A stretch of DNA of 64,000 bases from an uncultured Bacilli bacterium (GCA_944332435.1 CALVJW010000003.1:1022-65021); one strand, 5' to 3'. Counted from the stretch's first letter, positions 46,910 through 56,926 are shown. Made by a program: numbers and translations. The notes: generated by a model not told the origin, from the sequence alone.

Positions 46910-46959
46910 TTTCAATTTTAGCATTATATGATATAATGTTAATATAGAGGAGTGGTAAG

Positions 46960-47412
46960 ATGAAAAAAATATTATTAGCTGTAGGATTGGGAATATCGGT
47001 AATCTTAGTATCAGGTTGTTTTTTCAATGAAAAGATTGTTACTTGTACAAAAGAAGGTAATGATAGTGGAATGATGACATCAGAAAAAATAGTAGCTAAA
47101 ATAAAAGATGAAAAATTAAAAACATTGGATATGGAATTAAGTATGGATATGTCAGGGGAAGAACAAGCTTCTATTGATGTTACTTATAATTTGGTAAAAC
47201 CATTATATGAGGGATTTAAGGCGGAAGGAATTGAGCCAGTTGTATCAAAAAGTGATTCAGCGATTAATGTAGCAATTAGTTTTGACTTTGCTAAAGCAAG
47301 TGAAGAAAGTTTATCAAAAATGGATTCTAACTTTGCTGATATGAAGACAGAAAAGGTTGATGTAGAAGAATATAAGAAAAATATGGAAGCAGACGGATAT
47401 ACTTGTAAGTAA
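46960..47412 (+). CDS. hypothetical lipoprotein
   Basis: Lipobox ILVSGC, 150 aa. Confidence 0.6.
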   Translation: MKKILLAVGLGISVILVSGCFFNEKIVTCTKEGNDSGMMTSEKIVAKIKDEKLKTLDMELSMDMSGEEQASIDVTYNLVKPLYEGFKAEGIEPVVSKSDSAINVAISFDFAKASEESLSKMDSNFADMKTEKVDVEEYKKNMEADGYTCK

Positions 47413-47493
47413 AAAATGATAGGGGACTATCATTTTTTTGATACTTGTAATTTTTCGTTAATTTCTTTATACTAATATCAGTAGGTGAGATGT

Positions 47494-48360
47494 ATGGATG
47501 GAATCATCATTGTTGATAAAGAAAAAGATTATACAAGTAGAGACGTAGTAAATATTGCATCGAAAGTGTTACATACGAAAAAAATTGGACATACTGGGAC
47601 ATTAGATCCTATTGCAACAGGGGTACTTATTTTGGTGATAGGAAAAGCAACAAAGCTTGTAGAATATTTAACGGCAAAGGAAAAAGAATATATTGCTAAA
47701 ATTTGTCTTGGAGTTGAAACAGACACACTTGATGCAACAGGGACAATATTAAAAAAAGAGGTTGTATCATTAACTAAAGAAAAAATTGATAAGGTATTAG
47801 CAACTATGATTGGTAGTTACGAACAAGAGGTACCGAAATATGCTGCAGTAAAAGTGAATGGAAAAAAATTATATGAATATGCTAGAAATAACGAAGAAGT
47901 TGTACTGCCAAAAAGAATGGTAACGATTTCTTCATTGGAACGAATCAGTGATGTAGAAGTAATTGATGGAAATATTTATTTTGAAATTAAAACTACTGTT
48001 AGTAAAGGAACTTATATTCGTAGTCTTATTAGAGATATTGCAAATAAATTGGATACAGTAGGAATGATGTGTGAATTACAAAGAACGAAACAGGGAAATT
48101 TTTCACTTGCTCAATCAATTAGTATGGAACAGTTGAAAGAACACCATTTTACAATCATTCCAATCAAAGAAGTATTAAAAGATATGGACACTGTAATTAT
48201 AGAAGAGACGTTAGAACAAAAAATAAAAAATGGTAGTTTATTACCAGATTTATATCATAAACCAAAAATTTTATTTTTATCAAAGGAAGGAACTCCCTTA
48301 GCTATTTATAAGCCATATGATAAAAATAAAACACTGATAAAGCCAGATATTATGTTTTAA
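47494..48360 (+). CDS. truB: tRNA pseudouridine(55) synthase
   Basis: DGIIIVDKEKDYTSRDVV, catalytic GHTGTLDPIATGVL, and YSALKVNGKKLYEYAR-type motif (YAAVKVNGKKLYEYAR). Confidence 0.9.
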   Translation: MDGIIIVDKEKDYTSRDVVNIASKVLHTKKIGHTGTLDPIATGVLILVIGKATKLVEYLTAKEKEYIAKICLGVETDTLDATGTILKKEVVSLTKEKIDKVLATMIGSYEQEVPKYAAVKVNGKKLYEYARNNEEVVLPKRMVTISSLERISDVEVIDGNIYFEIKTTVSKGTYIRSLIRDIANKLDTVGMMCELQRTKQGNFSLAQSISMEQLKEHHFTIIPIKEVLKDMDTVIIEETLEQKIKNGSLLPDLYHKPKILFLSKEGTPLAIYKPYDKNKTLIKPDIMF

Positions 48361-48387
48361 AAAATAAGAAGAGTTTTTAGGCTCTTC

Positions 48388-49371
48388 TTATTTAATATTA
48401 CTAATAACATCTTCATATGATTTATTTAAACTACTATCTTCGATTTTTAATTTATATTTTTCTTTACGAATTCTATCCCAAGTTTTATCAAATAAATTGG
48501 TATCATTAGAAAGTTTATTAGAAACTAGTGTATCTTTAATTTCTGTTTCGCTATCTTTTAAGGATGGCTTTTCTTTTTGACTAATTTTTAAGATTACATG
48601 ATATCCATAATCACTTTTTACAGGTTCTTTTGAAAATTCTCCATCTTTTAATTTATAACTAGCATCCCAGAAGTCTGATACAACTTCTTCTTTTTTGAAA
48701 TCACTGAATAGTCCGCCATTACTAGCAGTTGCTGTGTCATCAGATTTTTCTTTCGCTAATTCTTTAAATGTTTTTTCAACATCATCACTTTTTTCTAATT
48801 CCTTAATAATATCTTCTGCTTCTTTTTTTGCTTTTTCTTCTGCTTTCTTTTTATCATCATCACTAGCATCATCGCTAACATCTGGTGTGATTAAAATGTG
48901 TCTTACAGTAGCAGCACCAAAAATTTCTTCATCATAATATTCTTGGATTTCTTTCTCTGTTAATTCATCTTTTAAGAAATTTTTTGCTACTTGTTCTTTT
49001 TTATAATCTAGCATTAAAACTTCTTTAAAATCATTTTCACTTTCATATCCAGCATTTTTTAAAATCGCAGCAAAATCTTGTCCTGATTGCTCATATTGTG
49101 CTTTAATTTGCTCCAATTGAGATGCAGCATATTCTTTTACTGTGTCATCTGTTTTAATTTCTTTATCGGCAATATAAGCATCAACTTGATTAATTAAAAC
49201 ACTAGTTCCTCCTTGTTTTTTTAGTTCATTGTATAAATCTTCAGCTGTTATCTTTTTTCCTTCTACACTAGCAACAACTTCTTGTCCATTTTTTAGTTTT
49301 GCCCCTTTCCCACATCCAGTAGATAATAGTACTAGTGAACATAAACTAAGAATTGCAATTTTTTTCTTCAT
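48388..49371 (-). CDS. prsA: peptidylprolyl isomerase / foldase lipoprotein (PrsA-like)
   Basis: Lipobox LLSTGC, a SurA-N-like region, and a parvulin core (VRHILI...GYHVIL). Confidence 0.75.
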   Translation of the reverse strand: MKKKIAILSLCSLVLLSTGCGKGAKLKNGQEVVASVEGKKITAEDLYNELKKQGGTSVLINQVDAYIADKEIKTDDTVKEYAASQLEQIKAQYEQSGQDFAAILKNAGYESENDFKEVLMLDYKKEQVAKNFLKDELTEKEIQEYYDEEIFGAATVRHILITPDVSDDASDDDKKKAEEKAKKEAEDIIKELEKSDDVEKTFKELAKEKSDDTATASNGGLFSDFKKEEVVSDFWDASYKLKDGEFSKEPVKSDYGYHVILKISQKEKPSLKDSETEIKDTLVSNKLSNDTNLFDKTWDRIRKEKYKLKIEDSSLNKSYEDVISNIK

Positions 49372-49452
49372 TTCGATGTTCTCCTTTCAATTCTACAACC
49401 ATTATATTATCAAAAAAGTAGGAAAATTTCAATAAATTCCACAGAAGTAATC

Positions 49453-49479
49453 ACAAAATACTATGATTACCATAGAATA
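49453..49479 (+). promoter_or_regulatory. possible sigma-K-type sporulation promoter for the YjcZ-like peptides
   Basis: AC (49453-49454), 16 nt, then CATAgaaTA (49471-49479) fits the Bacillus sigma-K consensus AC-N16/17-CATA---TA. The match is to a short consensus only. Confidence 0.25.
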
Positions 49480-49513
49480 CTCTTGAAAAGAAAAAAAAGG
49501 AGGAATGATTTTT

Positions 49514-49597
49514 ATGTGTAACACAGGAGTATCAGGCGCTGCTATTGTTTTAGTATTATTTATTCTTTTAATTATTATACTTGGAGCATATATTTAG
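49514..49597 (+). CDS. YjcZ-family sporulation peptide
   Basis: 27 aa, MCNTGVSGAAIVLVLFILLIIILGAYI, with the characteristic (F/A)ALIVVLFILLIIVG core. RBS aaaggagg. Confidence 0.55.
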   Translation: MCNTGVSGAAIVLVLFILLIIILGAYI

Positions 49598-49611
49598 TAG
49601 GAGGTGATATT

Positions 49612-49755
49612 ATGGCATGCACAAATTCATGCAATCGTCCAGAAGTAAATTCTGTGAATTGTTGCGAATGTAATACAAATGGCGGACAAAATTTTGTTTG
49701 CATCATTGTATTATATATCTTACTAGCAATTATCCTAGGATCTTGTTTCTTTTAA
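49612..49755 (+). CDS. Cys-rich YjcZ-like peptide
   Basis: 47 aa: N-terminal CTNSCNRPEVNSVNCCECN followed by the hydrophobic tail FVCIIVLYILLAIILGSCFF. RBS aggaggtg. Confidence 0.45.
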   Translation: MACTNSCNRPEVNSVNCCECNTNGGQNFVCIIVLYILLAIILGSCFF

Positions 49756-49764
49756 TAAGGAAAG

Positions 49765-49792
49765 CACGTTACATGTTTGTAGCGTGTTTTTG
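49765..49792 (+). terminator. terminator after the peptide pair
   Basis: cacgttaca-tgtt-tgtagcgtg followed by T5. Confidence 0.55.
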
Positions 49793-49856
49793 TTTGACAA
49801 TATTTTACAATAAAGAGTGCTAAAATTTATTTGTTAATAAGAAGTTGGAAAATCCC

Positions 49857-49885
49857 TTTACAAAATAGTTGAAAAAAGGTAAAAT
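49857..49885 (+). promoter_or_regulatory. dcw-cluster (mraZ) promoter
   Basis: TTTACA (49857-49862), 17 nt, then TAAAAT (49880-49885). Confidence 0.45.
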
Positions 49886-49886
49886 G

Positions 49887-49920
49887 GTGGTAGTAAGTGG
49901 AATAAAGTGGAGCAAAGTGG
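49887..49920 (+). promoter_or_regulatory. MraZ operator: four GTGG boxes at 10-bp phasing
   Basis: GTGG at 49887, 49897, 49907 and 49917 (gtggtagtaaGTGGaataaaGTGGagcaaaGTGG). The boxes lie between the -10 and the mraZ start. Confidence 0.65.
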
Positions 49921-49928
49921 GTGATTTT

Positions 49929-50357
49929 ATGTTGATGGGGGAATATCATCACACAATTGATGACAAAGGTAGACTTACCATTCCGTCTAAAGTTCGTTAT
50001 GATTTAGGAGAAAATTTTATTGTAACGAGAGGACTTGATAACTGCTTATTTGTTTATCCTGTTGATGAATGGAATGAAATTATCAGTAAATATAAAGAAT
50101 TACCAAACACGAAAGATGCTCGAAATTTTATGCGATTTTTTTTATCAGGTGCAACTACTTGTGAATTTGATAAACAAGGACGTATTAAAATTTCATTACC
50201 ACTCATGAAATATGCTGAACTTACAAAAGATTGCGTCATTATTGGAGTAAATGATCACTTGGAAATATGGAGTAAAGAACGCTGGCAAACATTTATGGAT
50301 GAAAATGAAAGCAATTTAAGTGAAATAGCCGATAATTTATTTTCAAATGGTTTTTAG
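49929..50357 (+). CDS. mraZ: division/cell wall cluster transcriptional regulator MraZ
   Basis: MLMGEYHHTIDDKGRLTIPSKVR and a second DKQGRIKISLP repeat (two SpoVT/AbrB-like halves). The start was moved to 49929. Confidence 0.9.
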   Translation: MLMGEYHHTIDDKGRLTIPSKVRYDLGENFIVTRGLDNCLFVYPVDEWNEIISKYKELPNTKDARNFMRFFLSGATTCEFDKQGRIKISLPLMKYAELTKDCVIIGVNDHLEIWSKERWQTFMDENESNLSEIADNLFSNGF

Positions 50358-50372
50358 TTTAGGGGGCTAAGA

Positions 50373-51290
50373 ATGCATAAAAGTGTACTATTAGAAGAAT
50401 GTATTGAAAATTTAAATTTGCAAGATACCAGTGTCATAGTAGATGCGACTCTTGGTTATGGTGGCCATAGCAGTGAAATATTAAAACGAGTTGAAAATGG
50501 ATTTTTATATGCATTTGATCAAGATCAAGATGCAATTGACGCTAGTGATAAAAGGTTAGGAAAAATTGCTAACAATTATGAAATTATTAAAAGTAATTTT
50601 TCTTATATGACGAAGGAACTGGCTGCAAGAAATATTCACGAAGTAGATGGAATCTTATTTGATTTAGGTGTTTCTAGTCCGCAGTTAGATGAAAAAGACC
50701 GAGGTTTTAGCTTTCATCAAGATGCACCACTCGATATGCGTATGGATCAGAGTCAAACATTTAGCGCTAAAGACGTCGTAAATACTTACTCTTATCAAGA
50801 TTTAGTAAGAATCATGAAAGAATATGGGGAAGAAAAGTTTGCTTCTTCGATTGCCAAGGGAATCATTTCTTATCGTCAAGAAAAAACGATTGAAACGACA
50901 TTAGAATTAGTTGAGATTATAAAAAATCACGTACCAGAAAAATATCGACGGGAAAAGCATCCAGCTCGAAAAGTATTCCAAGCAATTCGTATTGAAGTAA
51001 ATCATGAATTAGAAGTATGTGATGATGCGGTAAGACAAGCATTAAAATTAATTAAAGTTGGAGGAAGAGTATGTGTGATTACCTTCCATTCCTTAGAAGA
51101 TAGATTAGTGAAAACAATCTTTCGTGAAGTAAGTGAAGTAGATAAGAATTTACGAGGATTACCAATTATTCCAAAAGAATATTTACCAAGTTATAAAGTA
51201 ATCGCAAATATAGAACCAAGTAAAGAAGAATTAGAGGAAAACAACCGAGCACGTAGTGCACGACTAAGAGTGATTGAAAGAATAAAATAA
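50373..51290 (+). CDS. rsmH: 16S rRNA (cytosine1402-N4)-methyltransferase
   Basis: HKSVLLEE, DATLGYGGHS, FDLGVSSPQLD and ITFHSLEDR. Confidence 0.93.
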   Translation: MHKSVLLEECIENLNLQDTSVIVDATLGYGGHSSEILKRVENGFLYAFDQDQDAIDASDKRLGKIANNYEIIKSNFSYMTKELAARNIHEVDGILFDLGVSSPQLDEKDRGFSFHQDAPLDMRMDQSQTFSAKDVVNTYSYQDLVRIMKEYGEEKFASSIAKGIISYRQEKTIETTLELVEIIKNHVPEKYRREKHPARKVFQAIRIEVNHELEVCDDAVRQALKLIKVGGRVCVITFHSLEDRLVKTIFREVSEVDKNLRGLPIIPKEYLPSYKVIANIEPSKEELEENNRARSARLRVIERIK

Positions 51291-51316
51291 AAGAATAGAA
51301 AAAAGGGAGACTGGCT

Positions 51317-51613
51317 ATGAGACGAAAAAAGGTTAGAAAATTGAAAATAACACGTGGAGAGAAAATGTTATATTTAGGAGCTATCTTTTGTGCGATTTTT
51401 TCTTTCACGTCTTCTATTTTTTGTGGAGCCAATATTGGTAATTTGAAGATGAATGTTGAAAAATTGAAATACGATATTACCGAACAAGAAAAGAAAAATG
51501 AAAGCTTAACAATGAAAGTGAATGAACTAACCTCTTTTGATAAAGTAAAGGATATTGCAAAGGAAATGGGTTTAGAGTATAATAATGATAATATCGTAAT
51601 CATTAATAAATAA
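51317..51613 (+). CDS. ftsL: cell division protein FtsL
   Basis: 98 aa, a single TM segment followed by a coiled coil, in the conserved position between rsmH and pbpB. Confidence 0.7.
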   Translation: MRRKKVRKLKITRGEKMLYLGAIFCAIFSFTSSIFCGANIGNLKMNVEKLKYDITEQEKKNESLTMKVNELTSFDKVKDIAKEMGLEYNNDNIVIINK

Positions 51614-51626
51614 TAGAGGTGAACCT

Positions 51627-53837
51627 ATGAAAAAAAGAAAGACAAAATTAAAATATTGGAAGTTTCCCAACCGTATTTTAAAGTGTTTCTTTTTTTGTAT
51701 GGTTATTTTATATCTTCAACTCTGTTATTTAGCATTATCACCAAATATTTATGGTATTAACATGGATGAATTTGCCAAAGCTCGTAATACAGTATCGAAA
51801 ACATTGTATGCGAAAAGAGGAAATATTTATGATAAAGATGGTAATACATTAGCACTTAACGTATATTCTTATACAGTTGTCGCTTATTTGAGTGATACTC
51901 TTACAACAGATATGAAAAATCCCAGACATGTTGTTGATAAGGAAAAAACAGCAAAAGCGCTTGCTCCAGTTTTAAATATGACAGAAGAGTATCTGTTAAG
52001 ACTTTTAAATACGGATGCTTATCAAGTGGAATTAGGTCCTGGAGGAAGAGGAATTACAGAGTTAAAAAAAGAAGAAATTGAAGCTTTAGAATTGCCAGGA
52101 ATTGGATTTATAGAAAATACGAAACGTTATTATCCAAATGGGAACTTTGCTTCCTATGTTCTTGGATATGCTAAACAATATGATAAAGTAGTAGAAGAAA
52201 ATGGAACGAAAAAAATTGAAAATGAAATTGTAGGGGAACTAGGAATCGAAGCGAAATATGATGAATTGCTTCGTGGAGTAAATGGTAGTTTAAAACAACA
52301 ACAAGATCGTTATGGATATCAAATACCAGATACGAAAGAATATCGAACACCAGCGATTGATGGCTCTAATATTTATTTAACACTCGATTCTAATATTCAA
52401 CGCTTTGTGGAAAGTGCGGTAAAAGAAAACGCTGAAATTTATGAACCAGAATGGCTTATTTTAACAGCAATGGATGCGAAAACAGGAAAAATTCTAGGAA
52501 CTGCTTCTTCACCTTCTTTTGACCCTAATATTAGAGATATTACGAATTATGAAAATCCTCTTGTAACATATGTTTATGAACCGGGTTCTACAATGAAAAC
52601 GTATACTTATATGTGTGCGATGGAAAAAGGAACTTATAAAGGGGATGAAACGTTTAAATCAGGACATATTGATATTGGAGAATATACGGTTAACGACTGG
52701 AATCGTAAAGGTTGGGGAGATATTACCTATGATAAAGGATATGAATATTCTTCTAACGTTGGAGTTGTTAATATTTTACAAAAATTTATAACCAAAGATG
52801 ATTTAAAAAAATGTTTACAAAAATTTGGATTTGGGAGTAAAACTGGAATTGAACTTCCAAGAGAACAATCTGGTAGTATTCGTTTCCAATACGATATCGA
52901 AGTAGCTACGGCTGGATTTGGACAAGGAATTACGACAACTCAAATTCAAAATTTACAAGCACTTACGATTATTTCTAATAATGGAAAAATGCTAAAACCA
53001 CATATTATTGATAAAATTGTTGACCCAAATACAGGAAAGACAACTTATAAAGCAAAAAAAGAAGAGTCAAAACAATTAGTAAAACAATCAACGGTTGATA
53101 AAATGAAAGAACTGATGTATAACACAATTTATGGGGATGACCCTGGAACAACTGGATATGCTTATGATATTGATGGTTTTGATATTATTGGAAAAACTGG
53201 TACTGCCCAAATATTTGATAATGAAACCGGAAATTATTTGAGTGGTAAGAATGATTATATTTTCTCTTTTGCTGGTATGTATCCAAAAGATGATCCAGAG
53301 ATTATTATTTATGGAGCAATGCGTAGACCAAAATGGGGAGAAAGTAAAGGATTATCAAATGCTGTAAATAGTGTTATGGAAAGTATTGCAAAATATAAAA
53401 ATATGTTTAAAGAAAAATATGATCAAAATACGATTGTAACATATCAATTAAAATCTTATTATAATAAAAAGAAAGACAATGTTGTAAAAGAATTAAATAC
53501 GCAAAATATCCAGCCAATTGTGATTGGAAATGGTACAAAGATTGTTAGTCAATATCCAAATCGAGGAACCAATGTTATGTCTGGTGATAAAGTGATATTA
53601 GTGACAAATGACGAGAATAGAACATTACCTGATTTAACTGGATGGTCAAGTGGAGATGTCGTTCATCTATTTGATTTGTTAGGACTTGACTATGAATTAG
53701 AAGGTCATGGATATGTAACGAACCAAAGTGTGAAAGCAGGAACGAAAATTACTGGTGAAGAGAAAATAAAAATTACACTGAAAGATAAATTTGATATTGA
53801 CCAAACAACCTCCAAGGATAAAAAAGAAACATCTTAA
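51627..53837 (+). CDS. pbpB: penicillin-binding protein 2B (class B transpeptidase, FtsI-like) with C-terminal PASTA domains
   Basis: N-terminal TM segment, dimerisation domain, GSTMKTY (SxxK), YSSNVG (SxN), GKTGTAQ (KTG), and two about 60-aa PASTA-like repeats at the end. Confidence 0.88.
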   Translation: MKKRKTKLKYWKFPNRILKCFFFCMVILYLQLCYLALSPNIYGINMDEFAKARNTVSKTLYAKRGNIYDKDGNTLALNVYSYTVVAYLSDTLTTDMKNPRHVVDKEKTAKALAPVLNMTEEYLLRLLNTDAYQVELGPGGRGITELKKEEIEALELPGIGFIENTKRYYPNGNFASYVLGYAKQYDKVVEENGTKKIENEIVGELGIEAKYDELLRGVNGSLKQQQDRYGYQIPDTKEYRTPAIDGSNIYLTLDSNIQRFVESAVKENAEIYEPEWLILTAMDAKTGKILGTASSPSFDPNIRDITNYENPLVTYVYEPGSTMKTYTYMCAMEKGTYKGDETFKSGHIDIGEYTVNDWNRKGWGDITYDKGYEYSSNVGVVNILQKFITKDDLKKCLQKFGFGSKTGIELPREQSGSIRFQYDIEVATAGFGQGITTTQIQNLQALTIISNNGKMLKPHIIDKIVDPNTGKTTYKAKKEESKQLVKQSTVDKMKELMYNTIYGDDPGTTGYAYDIDGFDIIGKTGTAQIFDNETGNYLSGKNDYIFSFAGMYPKDDPEIIIYGAMRRPKWGESKGLSNAVNSVMESIAKYKNMFKEKYDQNTIVTYQLKSYYNKKKDNVVKELNTQNIQPIVIGNGTKIVSQYPNRGTNVMSGDKVILVTNDENRTLPDLTGWSSGDVVHLFDLLGLDYELEGHGYVTNQSVKAGTKITGEEKIKITLKDKFDIDQTTSKDKKETS

Positions 53838-53866
53838 AAAATACAACTTTCTAGTTGTATTTTTTT
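53836..53866 (+). terminator. terminator after pbpB
   Basis: atacaact-ttct-agttgtat followed by T6. Confidence 0.6.
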
Positions 53867-53912
53867 CGTTTAGAAGAGAAAGAATATGATATACTAGTAA
53901 TAGGTGAGATGT

Positions 53913-55136
53913 ATGATGGAAGAATATAAAAGAAAACAAATACACCAGATAATAACAAAACAAAAACGAGCAATTTATGGTGCTCTTATATTATTTATGA
54001 TTATTTTTCTCTTACTAGTATCATTAATTTTAAATAAACCATTTATTAAATTAAATGGAGCAAAAACATTAGAATTAAAAATCGGAGAAAAGTATCAAGA
54101 ACCAGGAGTAAAGGTAACCACATTATTAGGAAATTCTAATAAAAAAGTATCCATTACTGGTAATGTAGATACATTGAAAGCAGGAACCTATCAAATTCAT
54201 TACCAAGTACAGTATATGAATGCAACCATATCAAAATATCGAACTGTAAAAGTAAATGATACCATTGCCCCAACACTAGAATTAAATGGTGATGAAGTGG
54301 TATATGTTGTAGAAAATACAAACTATGAAGAACCTGGGTATCAAGCAATCGATAATAATGATGGTAATATTACAAAAAAAGTAAAAGTAACAAATAACGT
54401 TGATACGAAAAAAATAGGTACTTACCATATAACGTATCAAGTAAAAGATCAAGCAAATAATAAAGTAGAGAAGAAAAGAACTGTTATAGTAGTAAAAAAG
54501 CAAGATCCTAATATTAAAACCATTTATTTGACATTTGATGATGGTCCAAGTAGTGTTACTCCTAAAATATTAGATGTTTTAAAAAAAGAAAATGTAAAAG
54601 CAACCTTTTTTATGATTGGTAAAGATGATTCTTATAACGATATTATTAAGCGTGTAAAAAAGGAAGGGCATACTGTTGCGATTCATTCTAATACACATGA
54701 TTATGAACAAATTTATACTTCAGTAGATAACTATTTCAATGACTTATATGCTTTACGTGATAAGCTAAAGAAAATAACAAGCGAAGAAGCAACGATTATT
54801 CGTTTTCCAGGTGGGAGTAGTAATACTGTAAGTCGTTTTAATTCTGGCATTATGACAACGATTACAAAAGAAGTAACACGACGTGGTTTTCGCTACTTTG
54901 ATTGGAATATTGATTCAGGAGATACTGGGAGAATCGGTAGTGATGCAATTGTAGAAAATGTTACTAGCCAACTTGGTTCTTATCATACGTATGTAGTATT
55001 AATGCATGATTATTGGCAAAATCAACAAACTGCTGATGCACTAGAACGTATCATTCATTATGGAAAAGAACATGGTTATCATTTTGATCGTATTACAAAT
55101 AGTACACCACTTGTTCAACATAGTGTGAATAATTAG
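53913..55136 (+). CDS. membrane-anchored polysaccharide deacetylase (NodB domain) with two Ig-like (DUF5011-type) repeats
   Basis: TM anchor and two repeats with the G(T)YxIxYxV pattern. The NodB motifs are YLTFDDGPS and AIHSNTHDY. Confidence 0.85.
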   Translation: MMEEYKRKQIHQIITKQKRAIYGALILFMIIFLLLVSLILNKPFIKLNGAKTLELKIGEKYQEPGVKVTTLLGNSNKKVSITGNVDTLKAGTYQIHYQVQYMNATISKYRTVKVNDTIAPTLELNGDEVVYVVENTNYEEPGYQAIDNNDGNITKKVKVTNNVDTKKIGTYHITYQVKDQANNKVEKKRTVIVVKKQDPNIKTIYLTFDDGPSSVTPKILDVLKKENVKATFFMIGKDDSYNDIIKRVKKEGHTVAIHSNTHDYEQIYTSVDNYFNDLYALRDKLKKITSEEATIIRFPGGSSNTVSRFNSGIMTTITKEVTRRGFRYFDWNIDSGDTGRIGSDAIVENVTSQLGSYHTYVVLMHDYWQNQQTADALERIIHYGKEHGYHFDRITNSTPLVQHSVNN

Positions 55137-55223
55137 AAACTACAGTTGTAGTTTCTTTTTTTATGATAGAAAATAGATATTCAACCAGGTAAAAGTTTGA
55201 TATAATGAATTTAAGGTGATAGT

Positions 55224-56018
55224 ATGAAAAAAAGAGTAAAAGAATTATTGGCTGATGCTGATAAAAAGACATTAACTGTATATTTTATCTTGCGCTTTTT
55301 AGTGCTAATTACACTGATTATTCAAGTAATTCATCAAAATTGGCAAGATGTATTCCTATGTTTCTTAACATTAATTTTATTTTTTATTCCCTTTATTATT
55401 GATAAAAGATTTAAGATTGACTTACCAACTCCGTTAGAAATCATTATATTATTATTTATCTTTTCAGCGGAAATCTTAGGAGAAATACAAAATTTTTATG
55501 GACTATTTCATTATTGGGATACCATTTTACATACCCTTAATGGATTCTTATGTGCAGCAATTGGATTTTCATTAATTGATATTTTAAATCGCTCGGATAA
55601 GTTACATATTCGTTTGAGTCCTATTTATGTAGCACTTGTAGCATTTTGTTTTTCTATGACAATCGGAGTATTATGGGAATTTTTTGAATTTGGTGCTGAT
55701 CAATTATTTAATTTAGATATGCAAAAAGATCGGATTGTAACACAAATTTCTAGTGTCACGTTACATCCAGAACATAAAAATATTCCGATTATCATTGATA
55801 ATATAGAATCTACTACGATTACTTATTTAGATGGAAATGAAGTAAAACAACAAATAATTAGTGGAGGATACTTAGATATTGGCATTTTAGATACCATGAA
55901 GGATTTAATTGTTAATTTTATTGGTGCAGTTGTATTTTCCTATTTAGGATACTTATACATTCGAAATCGTGATAAATATAAATTAGCAGAAAATTTTATT
56001 CCGGTTGTGAAAAAATAA
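55224..56018 (+). CDS. multi-pass membrane protein, unknown function
   Basis: About 6 predicted hydrophobic helices. No motif was recognised. Confidence 0.5.
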   Translation: MKKRVKELLADADKKTLTVYFILRFLVLITLIIQVIHQNWQDVFLCFLTLILFFIPFIIDKRFKIDLPTPLEIIILLFIFSAEILGEIQNFYGLFHYWDTILHTLNGFLCAAIGFSLIDILNRSDKLHIRLSPIYVALVAFCFSMTIGVLWEFFEFGADQLFNLDMQKDRIVTQISSVTLHPEHKNIPIIIDNIESTTITYLDGNEVKQQIISGGYLDIGILDTMKDLIVNFIGAVVFSYLGYLYIRNRDKYKLAENFIPVVKK

Positions 56019-56053
56019 ATTGATAAAAGATATTCGCTTGTCTAATATCTTTT

Positions 56054-56926
56054 TTATTTATGAAATTCTTTGAACGAAGTAAATAAAAGTAAAATACAAT
56101 TGAGTAATATAATGATAATTATCATCATCCATAATTGTTGTTGTATGGATATAACATGATTTCCAACTGTCAAATGAATTCCAAACGTCTCATATAAAAT
56201 AGAATGTATTTTTTTTGGATAACTTTCTAAAATATGCGTTGTAATGGGATTTGTTTGAATGTTTCTAAGAATACTTGTTGTTTGACAAAGAGGAAAGTAA
56301 AAGAAGATATTTCTAATGATATTTGGATAGTATCCAATTGGTATATAAACACCAGTAAAAAATCCAATTACGACTCCATATAATGTCTGAAAAGTAGAAA
56401 AAGAAGTAAATTGATTAATTCCTAGAGCAACTAGTAATAAAAGCATACTAGCAATGACATTAGATAGAAATAAAATGAAAATAGATTGTATTATAATGGT
56501 GATTGAATCTCTATCGTGATAATGAAGTAAAAAAAATAACTCTATTCCAAAATACACAAGAAAAGTAATGACGGCAGATACTATAAGAGCAGCAAAAAAA
56601 TAAGAAAATAATATTTTATGATATGAAATAGGTGTTACAATAAAATCTTTAATAATTCCGGTATAACAGTCTTTTACAAAGATAAAAATAATGGGTAAGA
56701 TACTAGTTGCACCAATTACAATGAGTAATCCAGCAGTCATTAGTTTATCGACAAATAAGTCATTATAATTACTAATAAAGCCATAATCACGAACTGCTTT
56801 AATTGTAAAATCACGAATAAATAAAAAATATAGGGATAAAATTACCCCGGATGATAAGAAACTAAGAATTATATTTGTTGGACTTTTCATGAATAGTTTT
56901 AGATGTCTATAAATGAGCGTTTTCAT
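56054..56926 (-). CDS. ABC-2 type transporter permease
   Basis: Six hydrophobic segments. It is translationally coupled (20-nt overlap) to the upstream ATPase gene. Confidence 0.7.
   Translation of the reverse strand: MKTLIYRHLKLFMKSPTNIILSFLSSGVILSLYFLFIRDFTIKAVRDYGFISNYNDLFVDKLMTAGLLIVIGATSILPIIFIFVKDCYTGIIKDFIVTPISYHKILFSYFFAALIVSAVITFLVYFGIELFFLLHYHDRDSITIIIQSIFILFLSNVIASMLLLLVALGINQFTSFSTFQTLYGVVIGFFTGVYIPIGYYPNIIRNIFFYFPLCQTTSILRNIQTNPITTHILESYPKKIHSILYETFGIHLTVGNHVISIQQQLWMMIIIIILLNCILLLFTSFKEFHK

Noticed and set aside
47468-47500. About 30-nt similarity, including the identical 15-mer taggtgagatgtatg, between the truB start region and the deacetylase start region (53886-53918)
   Set aside because: The shared part is a -10-like tatact box, a GGTGAG ribosome-binding site and the start codon context. 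This is explained by convergent expression signals, not by a mobile or regulatory repeat.
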